Both the position numbers and the translations under genes were made by a program. The notes below the pieces were generated by a model. The model was not told where the DNA came from. It worked only from the letters and a program-made list of their open reading frames with translations, and searched no databases. From an uncultured Flavobacteriaceae bacterium (GTDB lineage: Bacteria > Bacteroidota > Bacteroidia > Flavobacteriales > Flavobacteriaceae): a DNA stretch of 64,000 bases. The stretch is from positions 664,318 through 728,317 of the forward strand of contig CAWBKZ010000006.1 of assembly GCA_963789545.1 (NCBI GenBank), written 5' to 3'. Positions 30,412-41,823 of the stretch are shown here, in pieces; within the stretch, counting starts at the first letter, position 1; every line of letters begins with the position of its first letter.

Positions 30412-33268
30412 TTATTTGCTCAAATACATCTTCCTTCTTGCATATAAATCGTAAAAAGCATCATCCTTTAAACTATCTATAAACAAAATACTCTCTCCTG
30501 TACTTTTCATTTCAGGCCCCAATTGTTTGTTTACATTCGGAAATTTGTTGAAACTGAAAACTGGTTGTTTGATTGCAAATCCTTCTAACTTTGGATTAAA
30601 GTCGAAATCTGTTACTTTATTGTGGCCTAGCATTACCTTGGTGGCATAATTCACATAAGGCTCACCATAGGCTTTCGCAATAAAGGGAACTGTTCGTGAT
30701 GCACGTGGATTTGCTTCAATAATATAAACCATATCATCTTTTATGGCGAATTGAATGTTTATGAGTCCAACTGTGTTGAGTGCTTTTGCAATTTTAAACG
30801 TGTGGTCTTTTATCTGCTGCATCACAAACTCACCAATATTGAAAGGTGGTAAAGTAGCATTTGAATCCCCAGAATGAATTCCGCAAGGTTCAATGTGTTC
30901 CATTATTCCAATGATGTAAACATTTTCACCATCGCAGATGGCATCTGCTTCGGCTTCAATAGCGCCATCTAAATAATGATCCAGTAATAATTTATTATTC
31001 GGAATTTTACGAAGCAAATCCACTACGTGTTCTTCCAATTCCTTTTTGTTGATTACAATTTTCATTCCTTGGCCACCCAAAACATATGAAGGACGAATCA
31101 ATAACGGAAAGTCAAGCTGATCAGCAAGCGCTAATGCTTCCTCTGTTGTTTCGGCTACTCCAAATTCTGGATAGGGAATATTATTTTCTTTCAAAAGATT
31201 TGAAAAGCTTCCGCGATCTTCAGCAAGATCCAAAGATTTATATGTTGTTCCGATAATTTTTATTCCATATCTATCCAGTTTTTCAGCAAGTTTTAAAGCT
31301 GTTTGCCCACCCAACTGAACAATAACGCCTTCTGGCTTTTCGTGGCGAATAATGTCGTAAATATGTTCCCAGAAAACAGGTTCAAAATAAAGTTTGTCAG
31401 CAACATCAAAATCAGTGGAAACGGTTTCGGGGTTACAGTTAATCATTATGGTTTCATAACCGCATTCCGCAGCGGCCAAAACACCGTGAACACAGCAATA
31501 ATCAAACTCAATGCCCTGTCCAATTCTATTGGGTCCAGAACCTAGGACGATTATTTTTTTCTTTTCCGTTACAATACTATCGTTTTCAGAATAAGGCTTT
31601 TCGCCTTCAAGTTGCATTTCATTTTCAAAAGTGGAATAATAATAAGGTGTTTCCGCTTTAAATTCCGCAGCACAGGTATCCACCAATTTGTAAACGCGCT
31701 GAATGTTCATTTCTTCACGTTTTTTGTATACTTGGCTTTCCAAGCATTTCAGCATATGAGCAATCTGGCGGTCGCCATAACCTTTTTGTTTTGCTTCCAG
31801 AAGTAATTCCCTCGGAAGTGTTTCCAAGGTATATTTTGAAATTTCCTTTTCCAAAAGATATAATTCTTCATATTGACGAAGAAACCACATATCAATTTTA
31901 GTAATTTCGTGAATTCTGCTTAACGGAATTCCAATCTGGATTGCATCATAAATTACGAAAACACGATCCCAACTTGCGTTTTTAAGTTTGTCAAGAATCT
32001 GTTCGTAATTGGTATAACTTTTTCCGTCGGCACCAATTCCGTTTCGTTTAATTTCTAACGATTGTGTGGCTTTATGAAGCGCTTCCTGAAAGGAACGGCC
32101 AATACCCATAACTTCTCCAACAGATTTCATTTGAAGTCCCAATGTACGGTCTGATCCTTCAAATTTATCGAAGTTCCAACGTGGTATTTTTACAATTACA
32201 TAATCTAAAGTTGGCTCAAATAAAGCCGAAGTTGATTTTGTAATTTGGTTGTTCAATTCATCCAAGTCTGTAACCAATAGCCAATTTTGTGGCAATTTTT
32301 GCAATAGGATATCCCGTTGCTTTTGACGCCAAAGCCGAAGAGCGTGAAACACGTGGGTTAATTTCAATGGCAATGATTTCTTCTTCCTCATCGGGACTTA
32401 CGGCAAACTGAACATTACAACCACCGGCAAAATCACCGATACTACGCATCATATAAATCGCCATATCACGCATTCTTTGGAAAGTACGGTCATTTAGCGT
32501 CATTGCAGGAGCTACAGTAATTGAGTCTCCGGTATGGATTCCCATTGGGTCCATATTTTCAATGGTACAGATAATGACAACATTGTCATTATTATCGCGA
32601 AGCAATTCAAGTTCATATTCCTTCCAACCCATCATTGCCTTGTCTATCATCACTTCGTGAATGGGTGAAATTTCCAGTCCGTGCGATAATAGCTCATCAA
32701 AATCTTCTTCTTTATAAACAATAGATGCACCAGCACCTCCCAAGGTATAAGAAGCTCTAATAACCAAAGGAAAACCAAATTCCTGTGCAATTTCCTTTCC
32801 TTGTAAATAGGAATTTGCAGTGGCTTGAGGCGCCATTCCTACCCCAATCTTCTCCATCAACTTCTGAAACTTTTCGCGGTCTTCGGTAATGTTAATGGCA
32901 TCAATATCTACCCCTATTAATTTTACGCCGAAATCTTCCCAAATTCCTTTTTCATCTGCTTCAATACATAAATTTAAAGCTGTTTGTCCTCCCATTGTTG
33001 GCAATACAGCATCAATCTGCGGATGTTCTTTTAGAATTTTAATCAATCGATTTTGTAGTTAAGCGGTAAAAGATAAATATGATCGGCCATAGAAGGATCG
33101 GTCATAATGGTAGCCGGATTACTGTTTATCAAAACGGTTTCAATTCCGTCTTCCCGCAGGGAACGCAAGTGATTGTGATCCGGAATAGTCAAACTCACAT
33201 GCTTGGCCAATAACAATAGGGCCGGAGCCAATAATTAGAACAGATTTAATTGAAGGATTTTTAGGCAT
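30412..33268 (-). CDS. carB: Carbamoyl-phosphate synthase large subunit (four apparent +1 frameshifts, probably sequence errors)
   Basis: ATG 33268 [30 protein letters not shown]; pieces 33043-33231, 32258-33046 and 30412-32391 join into ~950 aa with [38 protein letters not shown]. Confidence 0.93.
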
Positions 33269-33315
33269 TTTCTTTTACTTTTTCATTGCCGCAAAATTAC
33301 GGCGCATTAGGGTAT

Positions 33316-33351
33316 AAAAAAAAGGTGTTGCTTAGTTAAACAACACCTTTT
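33316..33351 (-). terminator. Terminator after rpmH
   Basis: AAAAAAAAGGTGTTG...CAACACCTTTT. Confidence 0.7.
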
Positions 33352-33369
33352 ATATATAATTTATCAACA

Positions 33370-33531
33370 TTATTTTTTGTGACGGGCTTCAGAAGATACA
33401 GAAAGTCTTTTTCTACCTTTCGCTCTGCGGGCAGCCAAAACCTTTCTTCCGTTTACAGAAGCCATACGCTCTCTAAAACCGTGTTTGTTTCTTCTTTTTC
33501 TTTTTGATGGCTGAAATGTTCTTTTGCTCAT
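33370..33531 (-). CDS. rpmH: 50S ribosomal protein L34 (not in ORF track)
   Basis: [53 protein letters not shown]. Confidence 0.97.
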   Translation of the reverse strand: MSKRTFQPSKRKRRNKHGFRERMASVNGRKVLAARRAKGRKRLSVSSEARHKK

Positions 33532-33798
33532 TTTATTATTCTTTAACTTCTGTAATATCTTCGTTCGGTTGACCTTTCTTCAAAGTCGGGTGCAAAAATA
33601 CAACAAGTTTTCACTTAGGCAAACCTTTTTTGAAAAATATCTATAATTTTTTTCACAGAGAAATTAAACCAAAAATACAATCTGAAAGATTATAAAGCAA
33701 GCCTCCTTTTATGTGAATTATTTTCTACTTCTGAAATGGAAAATCTTCCATAAAGCATTTAGTTTTTATACCTTTGCAGGCCATTTTAAAATCGAAAT

Positions 33799-34365
33799 AT
33801 GTTCAATAAAAATATAAAACTAGTCCTGACAGCTTTAGTAATTGGAGCCGCTATATGGCAATTTACAGAAACAAATATTGGCAATGGGATCATGCTGATT
33901 TTACTTTCTTTGGTATTCGTGTTCCTATATTTTAAGAATGAAATCATTTTGCTTGCTTTTTTACGTCTTAGAAAGCAGGATTTTCCAGGAGCAAAAAAAT
34001 GGCTTGACAAAATTAAAAACCCTAAAGCCTCACTGGTGCCAAAACAAGAAGGCTATTATAATTACTTGAACGGTTTGATGATTTCACAAAACAATATGGT
34101 TGAGGCTGAAAAATATTTTAAGAAAGCCGAAAAACTAGGTTTGAATATGTCTGCAGATATGGCTATGACCAAATTGAACCTTGCTGGAATTGCAATGACT
34201 AAAAACCGCAAGCGCGAAGCCGAGCAGCTTATGGCCGAAGCAAAAAGTCTTGATAAACATAACATGCTGGACGATCAAATAAAAATGATGAAACAGCAAA
34301 TGAAGAAAATGGGACAACCCCGCCAACAATTTGGTCGTGGCGGACGCGGCGGAAAAAGATTTTAA
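33799..34365 (+). CDS. Membrane protein with TPR-like helices, conserved in Flavobacteria
   Basis: Two N-terminal TMs; YYNYLNGL...AEKYFKKA...AKLNLA; RGG-rich tail. Confidence 0.7.
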   Translation: MFNKNIKLVLTALVIGAAIWQFTETNIGNGIMLILLSLVFVFLYFKNEIILLAFLRLRKQDFPGAKKWLDKIKNPKASLVPKQEGYYNYLNGLMISQNNMVEAEKYFKKAEKLGLNMSADMAMTKLNLAGIAMTKNRKREAEQLMAEAKSLDKHNMLDDQIKMMKQQMKKMGQPRQQFGRGGRGGKRF

Positions 34366-34480
34366 GCTGTTCTATTTAATAGTTTCTTACTACTTTTACT
34401 GTAGTTTATCGATTTTAACTTACATTTTGTCGAATACAGCCTTGTAAATCAACCAATTAACGTATCTTTACCCAAAGCTT

Positions 34481-35188
34481 TTGCTTATGGGTAGAAAACT
34501 ACTTTACCTTCTCTTATTGGTAACTTTTTCAGCACAATCACAGATTGAGCAAGGTTCTCTATTTTCTGAGGCGATTGGAAAAAACATTAAGAAATACACT
34601 AGAAATTCTCAAAATGCATATGCTGATCAGGATTTTGAACGTGCAGAATTCCTATTTGATTCATTGATCAACAATGTAGTTAACGGAAGTTATCTTGATA
34701 ACTTTAAAGTACGGAAACTATCTGGGAGAAAAATAGAGCTCTATAAGTTTGAAAAACCAGTATTTTTAATGACTTACGCATCTTGGTGTACACCTGGCGT
34801 TGGTGAAATTCCAGCTCTAAACGAAGTTGCCGAAAAACATTACAAAGACATTGATTTTGTTATTCTTTTTTGGGATTCAAAAAAAAATGTCCGAAAATCA
34901 ACTCGCGATTATTCCAGCAAGATAAATATTATTTATGTTGACGAGAAGGAAAATAAAAACGATCATATTGTGGAAATCATGAAGCATAGCCTTGGTTTTC
35001 CCACTTCGTTTTTTATTGATGAAAACAAACGTATTGTAGACGTAAGACGAGGTGTACTTCACCCATACAATGAAAAATATGAGATTTCTTTTGAATTGAA
35101 CTACAACTCTTTTTTAAACGGAATTTCACTTCTTAAAAACTTAGGTGACGAAGATAAAGGTCACTTCGCTTCAAAACAAAACCCATAA
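34481..35188 (+). CDS. TlpA/thioredoxin-fold protein
   Basis: KPVFLMTYASWCTPG, GFPTSFFIDENKRIV. Confidence 0.8.
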   Translation: MLMGRKLLYLLLLVTFSAQSQIEQGSLFSEAIGKNIKKYTRNSQNAYADQDFERAEFLFDSLINNVVNGSYLDNFKVRKLSGRKIELYKFEKPVFLMTYASWCTPGVGEIPALNEVAEKHYKDIDFVILFWDSKKNVRKSTRDYSSKINIIYVDEKENKNDHIVEIMKHSLGFPTSFFIDENKRIVDVRRGVLHPYNEKYEISFELNYNSFLNGISLLKNLGDEDKGHFASKQNP

Positions 35189-35233
35189 AAAGAATAGCAT
35201 TTTACGGGTTTATTATATATTCTCAAATCATCC

Positions 35234-36154
35234 TTATTGATAATATCCTTTCTCAGGTATTTCAACAAAGTATTCTTTCCCTGAGGAATTTTTCAAGTAT
35301 GTATCACGAAGCCACGGATTATGAATCTTTAATATTTTATAATTAATCCCATAAGGTTTAACCCATTCTGCCCAATCTTCTACTGGAGAATCAACTTTTA
35401 CCTTGAAAGTTGGAATGTTGGTGTATAAATCTTTTTCCCTAAAATTAAATCCATATTGCTGTGGGTGTGTCATTATTTCCTTTAGTGCTAAAAGCCTGAA
35501 AACATATCTACTAGTTTCATCATTCAATAAAAGGTCATAGTAACTTGTTTCTTTTTGACGATTAATTTGTTTGTTCATCCCTCCCACTCCTGCATTGTAG
35601 GAAGCAGCTGCCATTGTCCAACTTCCAAATTTTTCTTTAGATTTTTTTAAATATTCTGCAGCTACCATTGTGGCTTTTTCTAGATTGTAACGTTCATCCA
35701 CATAATCATTTATCTCAAGTCCGTATTCAAGGCCTGTTCCTTTCATAAAGTGCCAAATTCCCGATGCCCCAGCTGGTGAACTTTTATATTCCAAACCGCT
35801 TTCGGCAACAGCTAAATACTTAAAATCATCTGGTAGACCATATTTCTTTAATAAAGGTTCTATTAAAGGGAAATATTTATTCGCCCGTTTAAAAAGCAAA
35901 AGGCCGTTGGATTGCCAATAGGTGTTTACCAATAACTCCCTATCCATCCGTTCCATAATATCAGGATTATGAAGCGGCACAGGCTCGCCGGCAAAATCCA
36001 TTTTCTCTGGTATTGGTAATGCATAAACATTGTAATCATTAACCAGTTTTTTTTCAAAGTTTTCATTTGTAGGGGCATCCTGCACTGCATTAATACTGAT
36101 GGCACTAATTGCCAAAACTGCAACCCCTAAACCTATTTTACTCATCATTTTCAT
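35234..36154 (-). CDS. Lytic transglycosylase (SLT domain, MltD-like)
   Basis: YLAVAESGL, SPAGASGIWHFM, ASYNAG, ETSRYV. Confidence 0.9.
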   Translation of the reverse strand: MKMMSKIGLGVAVLAISAISINAVQDAPTNENFEKKLVNDYNVYALPIPEKMDFAGEPVPLHNPDIMERMDRELLVNTYWQSNGLLLFKRANKYFPLIEPLLKKYGLPDDFKYLAVAESGLEYKSSPAGASGIWHFMKGTGLEYGLEINDYVDERYNLEKATMVAAEYLKKSKEKFGSWTMAAASYNAGVGGMNKQINRQKETSYYDLLLNDETSRYVFRLLALKEIMTHPQQYGFNFREKDLYTNIPTFKVKVDSPVEDWAEWVKPYGINYKILKIHNPWLRDTYLKNSSGKEYFVEIPEKGYYQ

Positions 36155-36213
36155 ATCATCAAATTTTTAATAAAGATACTTAATAAAGCTATTTTTTAAT
36201 TAAAAAGCAAAAA

Positions 36214-36873
36214 CTATTCTTCAAAAATCTTAATTAGTGTTTCTGATATTTCCCTGCCCTTATTGAGTATCATAATATGTGTTCCGCCTTTAATAACCTT
36301 GCAGCCGTCAATATATTTTATTGGGAAAACCACGTCTTTTTCACCGTGAATATGAATGATATCCTTAATTTTTTCTTTTCGGTCCCAATTCACCATTTTT
36401 TCGAGTGCCCAATCTAGGTATTGTTTATTGCGAACATGAAGATATTCCTGATACATTGCCAATCTCTTTTTTGATTTTGGCCCCACAGAAAATTTGGTCA
36501 AATCTTCGGCACTCAAAACCAAACTGGTGGGAATAAGTTTGTAAGCCTTGGTCAGGCTTGCAAGTTTCATACGTCGAGGGAGTTCATTTCGTGTTTTTAC
36601 GCTGGAAATAATTATCAGTTTTTTCAACTTTAAAAATTCATTCATTTCCTGCGCCACCACTCCGCCAAAGGAAACTCCTATAAGAATTGCATCTTTTTCC
36701 TTTACATCCAGCGCCATTCTTTTGGCATAAGCCTCCAAACTTTCGTCCTTTTCGGGAATCAACCACTCCAAAATATGGGTTTCATACTTTTCAGGAAATT
36801 TGATATTTCTAAAAATTTCGCTTCCTGCAGCTAACCCTGGAACGAAATAAACATGTATTTTTTTAGAATTCAT
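36214..36873 (-). CDS. Alpha/beta hydrolase
   Basis: GVSFGG elbow, HIHGEKD, GGTH. Confidence 0.85.
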   Translation of the reverse strand: MNSKKIHVYFVPGLAAGSEIFRNIKFPEKYETHILEWLIPEKDESLEAYAKRMALDVKEKDAILIGVSFGGVVAQEMNEFLKLKKLIIISSVKTRNELPRRMKLASLTKAYKLIPTSLVLSAEDLTKFSVGPKSKKRLAMYQEYLHVRNKQYLDWALEKMVNWDRKEKIKDIIHIHGEKDVVFPIKYIDGCKVIKGGTHIMILNKGREISETLIKIFEE

Positions 36874-37126
36874 AAGTCTTTTGTGAAGAAAATGTGATAG
36901 CCCAAAGATTATTCGTAAATTTACGAATACAAAGATAGAATTATATAACCGTTTCCTATCTACTGATAACTATCAGTAAAAAATTGCTTTGAAAATAAAC
37001 CAGACATCTAAGAGTAGCGCATTAAATAGCAACTTTTTTAAGATACAAATTAATGTCTTTTAAAAAATGCTGATTCAATAGCACTGACTTTTTATTATCA
37101 TTTTTCAAATTAAAAAAACACTCCCA

Positions 37127-37426
37127 ATGATTGAAGATGTAGAAATTACCGACAATGAATTTTTAAGACAATTCGAACTCGAAATTGGAGACAATATGGC
37201 CCGTATTGAATATGCGCTGCAGGACCGTAAGATCTTCCTAACAAAATATGAAATGCCTGAAGACTTGGAAGAACAAGGTTTCCGTGACATTTTTATTAAA
37301 GCAGTTTTTGAAGAAGTTAAGAATAGAGGTATTAGTTTAGTACCAACAAGTCCCGAAGTAGCAGGATTTATGCGCAAAAACCGCAGAAAATATAAAGAAT
37401 TACTTCCTGTGGGGATTAATATTTAA
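37127..37426 (+). CDS. GNAT-like N-acetyltransferase (YjdJ/DUF5-type small)
   Basis: DNEFLRQFEL...ARIEY...LEEQG...LVPTSP. Confidence 0.75.
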   Translation: MIEDVEITDNEFLRQFELEIGDNMARIEYALQDRKIFLTKYEMPEDLEEQGFRDIFIKAVFEEVKNRGISLVPTSPEVAGFMRKNRRKYKELLPVGINI

Positions 37427-38756
37427 ACAAAAACCGTCTCAGAAACTTTAAAGCGCACCAAACCATCCTCATCAATTTCTGTAAGCATAATTTCCTGTAA
37501 TGTATTGACCAATTCCGGATTCCACGGCGCTTTTACTTTTATGTAGTTTTCAGTAAACCCGTGAATGTATCCCTCTTTGTTTTCTCCCTCAAAAAGAACT
37601 GTTCGGGTTGTGCCTAGCTGACTTTCATAAAAAGCCCTTCTCTTTTTTGCAGAAAGACCACGCAACATTTTGCTGCGCTTGTTTCGTACTTTCATTAGGC
37701 ACTACGCCTTCCATTTCGGCAGCGGGTGTATTATCTCTTTCGGAATAGGTGAAAACGTGTAAATATGAAATATCAAGTTCGTTTAAAAAATGATAGGTTT
37801 CCAAAAACCGATCATCGGTTTCGCCCGGAAAACCAACAATTACATCAACGCCAATGCAAGCATGTGGCATCACTTCCTTGATTTTTGCAACTCTCTCGGT
37901 ATAAAGTTCCCTCATATAGCGACGACGCATCAATTTCAAAATTTCGTTGCTTCCGCTTTGCAATGGAATGTGGAAATGTGGTACAAATGTTTTCGATTTT
38001 GAAACAAAATCAATTGTTTCGTTTTTCAAGAGATTTGGTTCAATGGAAGAGATTCGAAGCCTTTCAATACCTTCTACTTCATCCAAAGCTTTTACAAGTT
38101 CTAAAAATGTATGCTCGTGTTTTTTGTTTCCGAACTCCCCTTTTCCGTAATCGCCAATGTTTACACCTGTTAAAACAATTTCCTTTATTCCTTGTTGCGA
38201 AATTTCCAAGGCATTCTTTAAAACGTTTTCCAAAGTATCACTTCGTGAAATACCTCGTGCCAATGGAATGGTACAATACGTACATTTATAATCGCAACCG
38301 TCCTGCACCTTTAAAAAAGCACGGGTTCTGTCGCCAATGGAATAAGAACCTACATAAAAATCGGCATCTTCAATTTCGCAGGAATGCACTTCCCCAAAAT
38401 CATTTTTGGAAAGGTCATTTAAATAGTCGGTTATTTTGAATTTTTCAGTAGCGCCAAAAACCAAATCTACGCCATTAACATCAGCCAAGTTCCTGTGGTT
38501 TTAATTGGGCATAACAGCCAACAGCCGCAACAAAAGCATTGGGATTTGCTTTTTGTGCCTGTTTTACGATAGTTTTAAAACGCTTATCAGCATTTTCAGT
38601 AACACTACAGGTATTTATTACATAAATATCGGCATTTTCAGAAAAATCAACACGATCAAAACCTTCACCTTCAAAACTTCTGGCAATGGTAGAAGTTTCG
38701 CTGAAGTTGAGTTTACAACCTAAAGTGTAAAAAGCGACTTTTTTTGATGCGTTCAT
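37423..38756 (-). CDS. mtaB: tRNA t6A37 methylthiotransferase (two apparent +1 frameshifts)
   Basis: TLGCKLNFSE, INTCSVT, VGCYAQ, QDGCDYKCTYC radical-SAM motif, LHVFTYSER, C-terminal TRAM-like part; ORFs 38481-38756, 37625-38488 and 37423-37695 join to ~443 aa. Confidence 0.9.
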
Positions 38757-38817
38757 TATTGTATTTTTGGCAAATGAGGGCACAAAAATACAAACTAAAA
38801 TCGGTTCCCAAAAACAC

Positions 38818-40455
38818 ATGATAGCGCCTTTGAAAAATCACATTTTAAGAATTTCAACATATTGCTTGCTCTTATTTTTAATTTCCTGCGGAAATAATAA
38901 AGAAACCGAAAATGACCATCTCGTTTTCCGCTACAACGAACACGGAAACATCCCAACTTTAGATCCAGCTTTTGCCAGAAACCCCCAAGCCATTTGGCCC
39001 GATAACCAACTTTACAATGGTTTGGTACAATTGGATGATTCCTTAAATATTAAACCTGATATCGCAAAAAGTTGGACTATTAACGATTCTACAAATACCT
39101 ATACATTTAATCTGCGAAATGATGTTTACTTCCATCAAAATAAAGCATTTGCACAAGAGGGGCTTCACAGTCCCACTCGCTACACAAGAAAAGTTGTTGC
39201 ACAGGATTTTGTCTACAGTTTTAACCGGTTGACCGATGAAAAGGTTGCTTCTTCTGGTAGTTGGGTTATGAATTATGTAAAAAGCTATAAAGCTGAAAAT
39301 GATTCTACCTTGTCTATTCAGTTAAAACAACCATTTCCAGCATTCTTGGGCTTGCTCTCCATGCGTTATTGCTCAGTAGTTCCAAAGGAGGCTGTGGAAT
39401 TTTACGGCAATGAATTCCGAAGAAATCCAGTGGGAACAGGACCTTTTCAGTTTAAAATGTGGGAAGAAAACGTAAAACTCGTTTTCAGAAAAAATCCGCT
39501 TTATTTTGAAAGAGATGAAAACGGAAACAAACTTCCCTATTTGGATGCCGTTTCAATCACTTTTTTGCCCGATAAGCAAAGTGAGTTTTTGGAATTCGCA
39601 CAAGGGAAGCTGGATTTTATTTCAGGTTTAGATGGTAGTTACAAAGATGAACTTTTGACCACTCGCGGAAAACTTCATCCAAAATATGATGACTTGGCAT
39701 ATATGATTACTGGGCCGTATTTAAACACGGAATACCTAGGTTTTTTTCTAGAAACAAACTCGCCCGAAATAAAAAGCAAAACACTTCGGCAAGCTATAAA
39801 TTATGGTTTTGACCGTGAAAAAATGGTGACTTATCTTCGCAATGGGATGGGGATTCCTGCGGTTCACGGTTTTATTCCTAAAGGTTTACCAGGTTATGAC
39901 GAAATAGACGGGTACACCTACCAACCTGAAATGGCGAAGGAGTTAATTGAAAAATACAAAACCGAAACTGGCGATGAAACTCCAGAAATTACCATCGGCA
40001 CTAATAGTCAATATTTGGATTTATGTGAATATGTACAACGCGAACTTGAAAAACTTGGAATAGCAGTAACTATAGATGTAATGCCCCCTTCCACGTTGCG
40101 GCAGATGAAAAGTACCGGTGAGTTGGACATTTTTAGGGCAAGTTGGATTGCAGATTATCCTGATGCCGAAAATTATCTTTCACTATTTTATAGTCCAAAC
40201 TTTGCGCCAAATGGACCAAATTATATGCACTTTAAGAATCAGATTTTTGATAGTCTTTATGTGAAATCACTTTCTGTTTCAAATATTGAAGAAAGGAAAT
40301 TGTTATATACAAAAATGGACTCCATAGTTGTTGAAGAAGCTCCCGTTGTGCCCCTGTTTTATGACATGGCAGTTCGATTTGTAAATAAAAAAGTATCGGG
40401 ACTTGGCATAAATCCCCAGAATTTTTTAGTTTTAAAGAAAGTGAAAAAAAATTAG
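38818..40455 (+). CDS. ABC transporter substrate-binding protein (family 5, OppA/DppA-like lipoprotein)
   Basis: Lipobox LISC; LDPA, LYNGLV, PVGTGPF, WIADYPDAENYL; ATG 38818 avoids overlap with the mtaB promoter region. Confidence 0.88.
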   Translation: MIAPLKNHILRISTYCLLLFLISCGNNKETENDHLVFRYNEHGNIPTLDPAFARNPQAIWPDNQLYNGLVQLDDSLNIKPDIAKSWTINDSTNTYTFNLRNDVYFHQNKAFAQEGLHSPTRYTRKVVAQDFVYSFNRLTDEKVASSGSWVMNYVKSYKAENDSTLSIQLKQPFPAFLGLLSMRYCSVVPKEAVEFYGNEFRRNPVGTGPFQFKMWEENVKLVFRKNPLYFERDENGNKLPYLDAVSITFLPDKQSEFLEFAQGKLDFISGLDGSYKDELLTTRGKLHPKYDDLAYMITGPYLNTEYLGFFLETNSPEIKSKTLRQAINYGFDREKMVTYLRNGMGIPAVHGFIPKGLPGYDEIDGYTYQPEMAKELIEKYKTETGDETPEITIGTNSQYLDLCEYVQRELEKLGIAVTIDVMPPSTLRQMKSTGELDIFRASWIADYPDAENYLSLFYSPNFAPNGPNYMHFKNQIFDSLYVKSLSVSNIEERKLLYTKMDSIVVEEAPVVPLFYDMAVRFVNKKVSGLGINPQNFLVLKKVKKN

Positions 40456-40466
40456 AATTCTTAACT

Positions 40467-41642
40467 TTAACCCTTTCGCCACTTGGCGGTTTCTTCAAAA
40501 ACATGTTCCAAAATCTTGGCGTCCATTTCTGAAAAATCAATATTTCTTCTACTCATCACAACTTTTGCAACTTCAAAAGCTTTGTCGGTTTTATAAGTTG
40601 TAAAACCTCCACTTCCACCCCAACTGAAACTTGGGACAAAATTACGTGGAAACCCACTTCCGAAGATATTCGCGCTAACGCCAACTACAGTTCCAGTATT
40701 AAACATAGTATTAATGCCGCATTTGCTGTGGTCGCCCATCATCAGTCCACAAAATTGCAGGCCAGTTCGAGAGAATCCCTCACTTTCATAATCCCAAAGT
40801 CGAACTTCGGCGTAATTATTCTTTAAATTGGAATTATTTGTGTCGGCCCCCAAATTGCACCATTCGCCCAAAACAGAATTTCCTAAAAACCCATCGTGAC
40901 CTTTGTTAGAATACCCAAAAATCACACAATTATTTACTTCTCCCCCAACCTTGCTGTGTGGACCAATGGTAGTATTACTATAAATTTTAGCTCCCATTTT
41001 TAAGGTGGATTGTTCGCAAAGCGCAAAAGGTCCACGAACGGCACAAGCCTCCATAATTTCAGCATCTTTACCAATATATATGGGTCCTTCAGAAGCATTT
41101 AAAGAACAAAGGGGCAACTTTGCACCTTCTTCAATAAAAATATTTTCAGGATGGCTTGTCCAAACGGCTGTTGGAATGGGCTGTGATTTTCTACCTTTTG
41201 TAAGCATTTCAAAGTCGCGCTTTATCGCTTCCCCATTTTTTGAAAAGATATCCCACGTGTATTCAATTCGCAAAACATCATTGTGTGTGTATTGAATGAT
41301 GTCAAAGGTTTCAAAATCTACTTCCTGCCCTTCAGTTGTGTAAAAAGCAATTGGTTCGTCATCAAAAAAAACAGCATGATTTTCTTCCAAACCTTTAATG
41401 ATGTTCACCAAATTTTCCGAAGGAAGAAAAGAAGCGTTTATTAGAATATTCTTTTCGAGTTCCAAAAAGGGATATTTCTCTGAAAGATAATCTTCTGTAA
41501 CCGTAGTTGTGGTAAAACCCAAAAGGTGTTCCCACTTTTCACGAATGGTTAAAATTCCCACACGAATATCTGCCACAGGGCGGGTAAAAGTAAATGGCAA
41601 AAGCTGGTTGCGGACGTTACCGTCAAATAGAATGTAATTCAT
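40467..41642 (-). CDS. GlmU-like sugar nucleotidyltransferase / hexapeptide-repeat protein
   Basis: LLPFTFTRPVADIRVGILTI N-domain; left-handed beta-helix repeats, NKGHDGFLG, GEWCNLGA. Confidence 0.85.
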   Translation of the reverse strand: MNYILFDGNVRNQLLPFTFTRPVADIRVGILTIREKWEHLLGFTTTTVTEDYLSEKYPFLELEKNILINASFLPSENLVNIIKGLEENHAVFFDDEPIAFYTTEGQEVDFETFDIIQYTHNDVLRIEYTWDIFSKNGEAIKRDFEMLTKGRKSQPIPTAVWTSHPENIFIEEGAKLPLCSLNASEGPIYIGKDAEIMEACAVRGPFALCEQSTLKMGAKIYSNTTIGPHSKVGGEVNNCVIFGYSNKGHDGFLGNSVLGEWCNLGADTNNSNLKNNYAEVRLWDYESEGFSRTGLQFCGLMMGDHSKCGINTMFNTGTVVGVSANIFGSGFPRNFVPSFSWGGSGGFTTYKTDKAFEVAKVVMSRRNIDFSEMDAKILEHVFEETAKWRKG

Positions 41643-41646
41643 TGGG

Positions 41647-41770
41647 ATTAACTATTGCTGATTTTTTGATTGCTGATTTTGATTAAAAAAACAACACGCT
41701 TATCTATATTAGTTGTTCAATATTACTAAAAATTCAGCAATCACCAATCGTTAATCAACAATCTAAAATC
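41647..41770. repeat. Inverted arrays of degenerate 7-mers
   Basis: ATTAACT ATTGCTG ATTTTTTG ATTGCTG ATTTTG ... AATCACC AATCGTT AATCAAC AATCTAA AATC. Confidence 0.55.
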
Positions 41771-41799
41771 AAAAAGCCCTCGATTTCTCGAAGGCTTTT
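41771..41799 (-). terminator. Terminator after the L31 gene
   Basis: AAAAAGCCCTCGA-TTTC-TCGAAGGCTTTT. Confidence 0.7.
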
Positions 41800-41823
41800 A
41801 TATGTTTTACTAAAAAGTGATGA

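Noticed and set aside
30412-30500. CarB lacking the C-terminal MGS allosteric domain as a truncation
   Set aside because: Clean stop after ...RRKMYLSK; a ~950 aa CarB is, as I recall, normal for this lineage
32258-33268. Programmed ribosomal frameshifting or a natural split of carB
   Set aside because: No slippery heptamers; four breaks in 1 kb plus similar breaks in other genes point to sequence error
37885-38439. 184 aa + strand ORF and the other short antisense or overlapping ORFs in the track
   Set aside because: Shadows of well-supported genes on the opposite strand or frame, with no recognisable motifs
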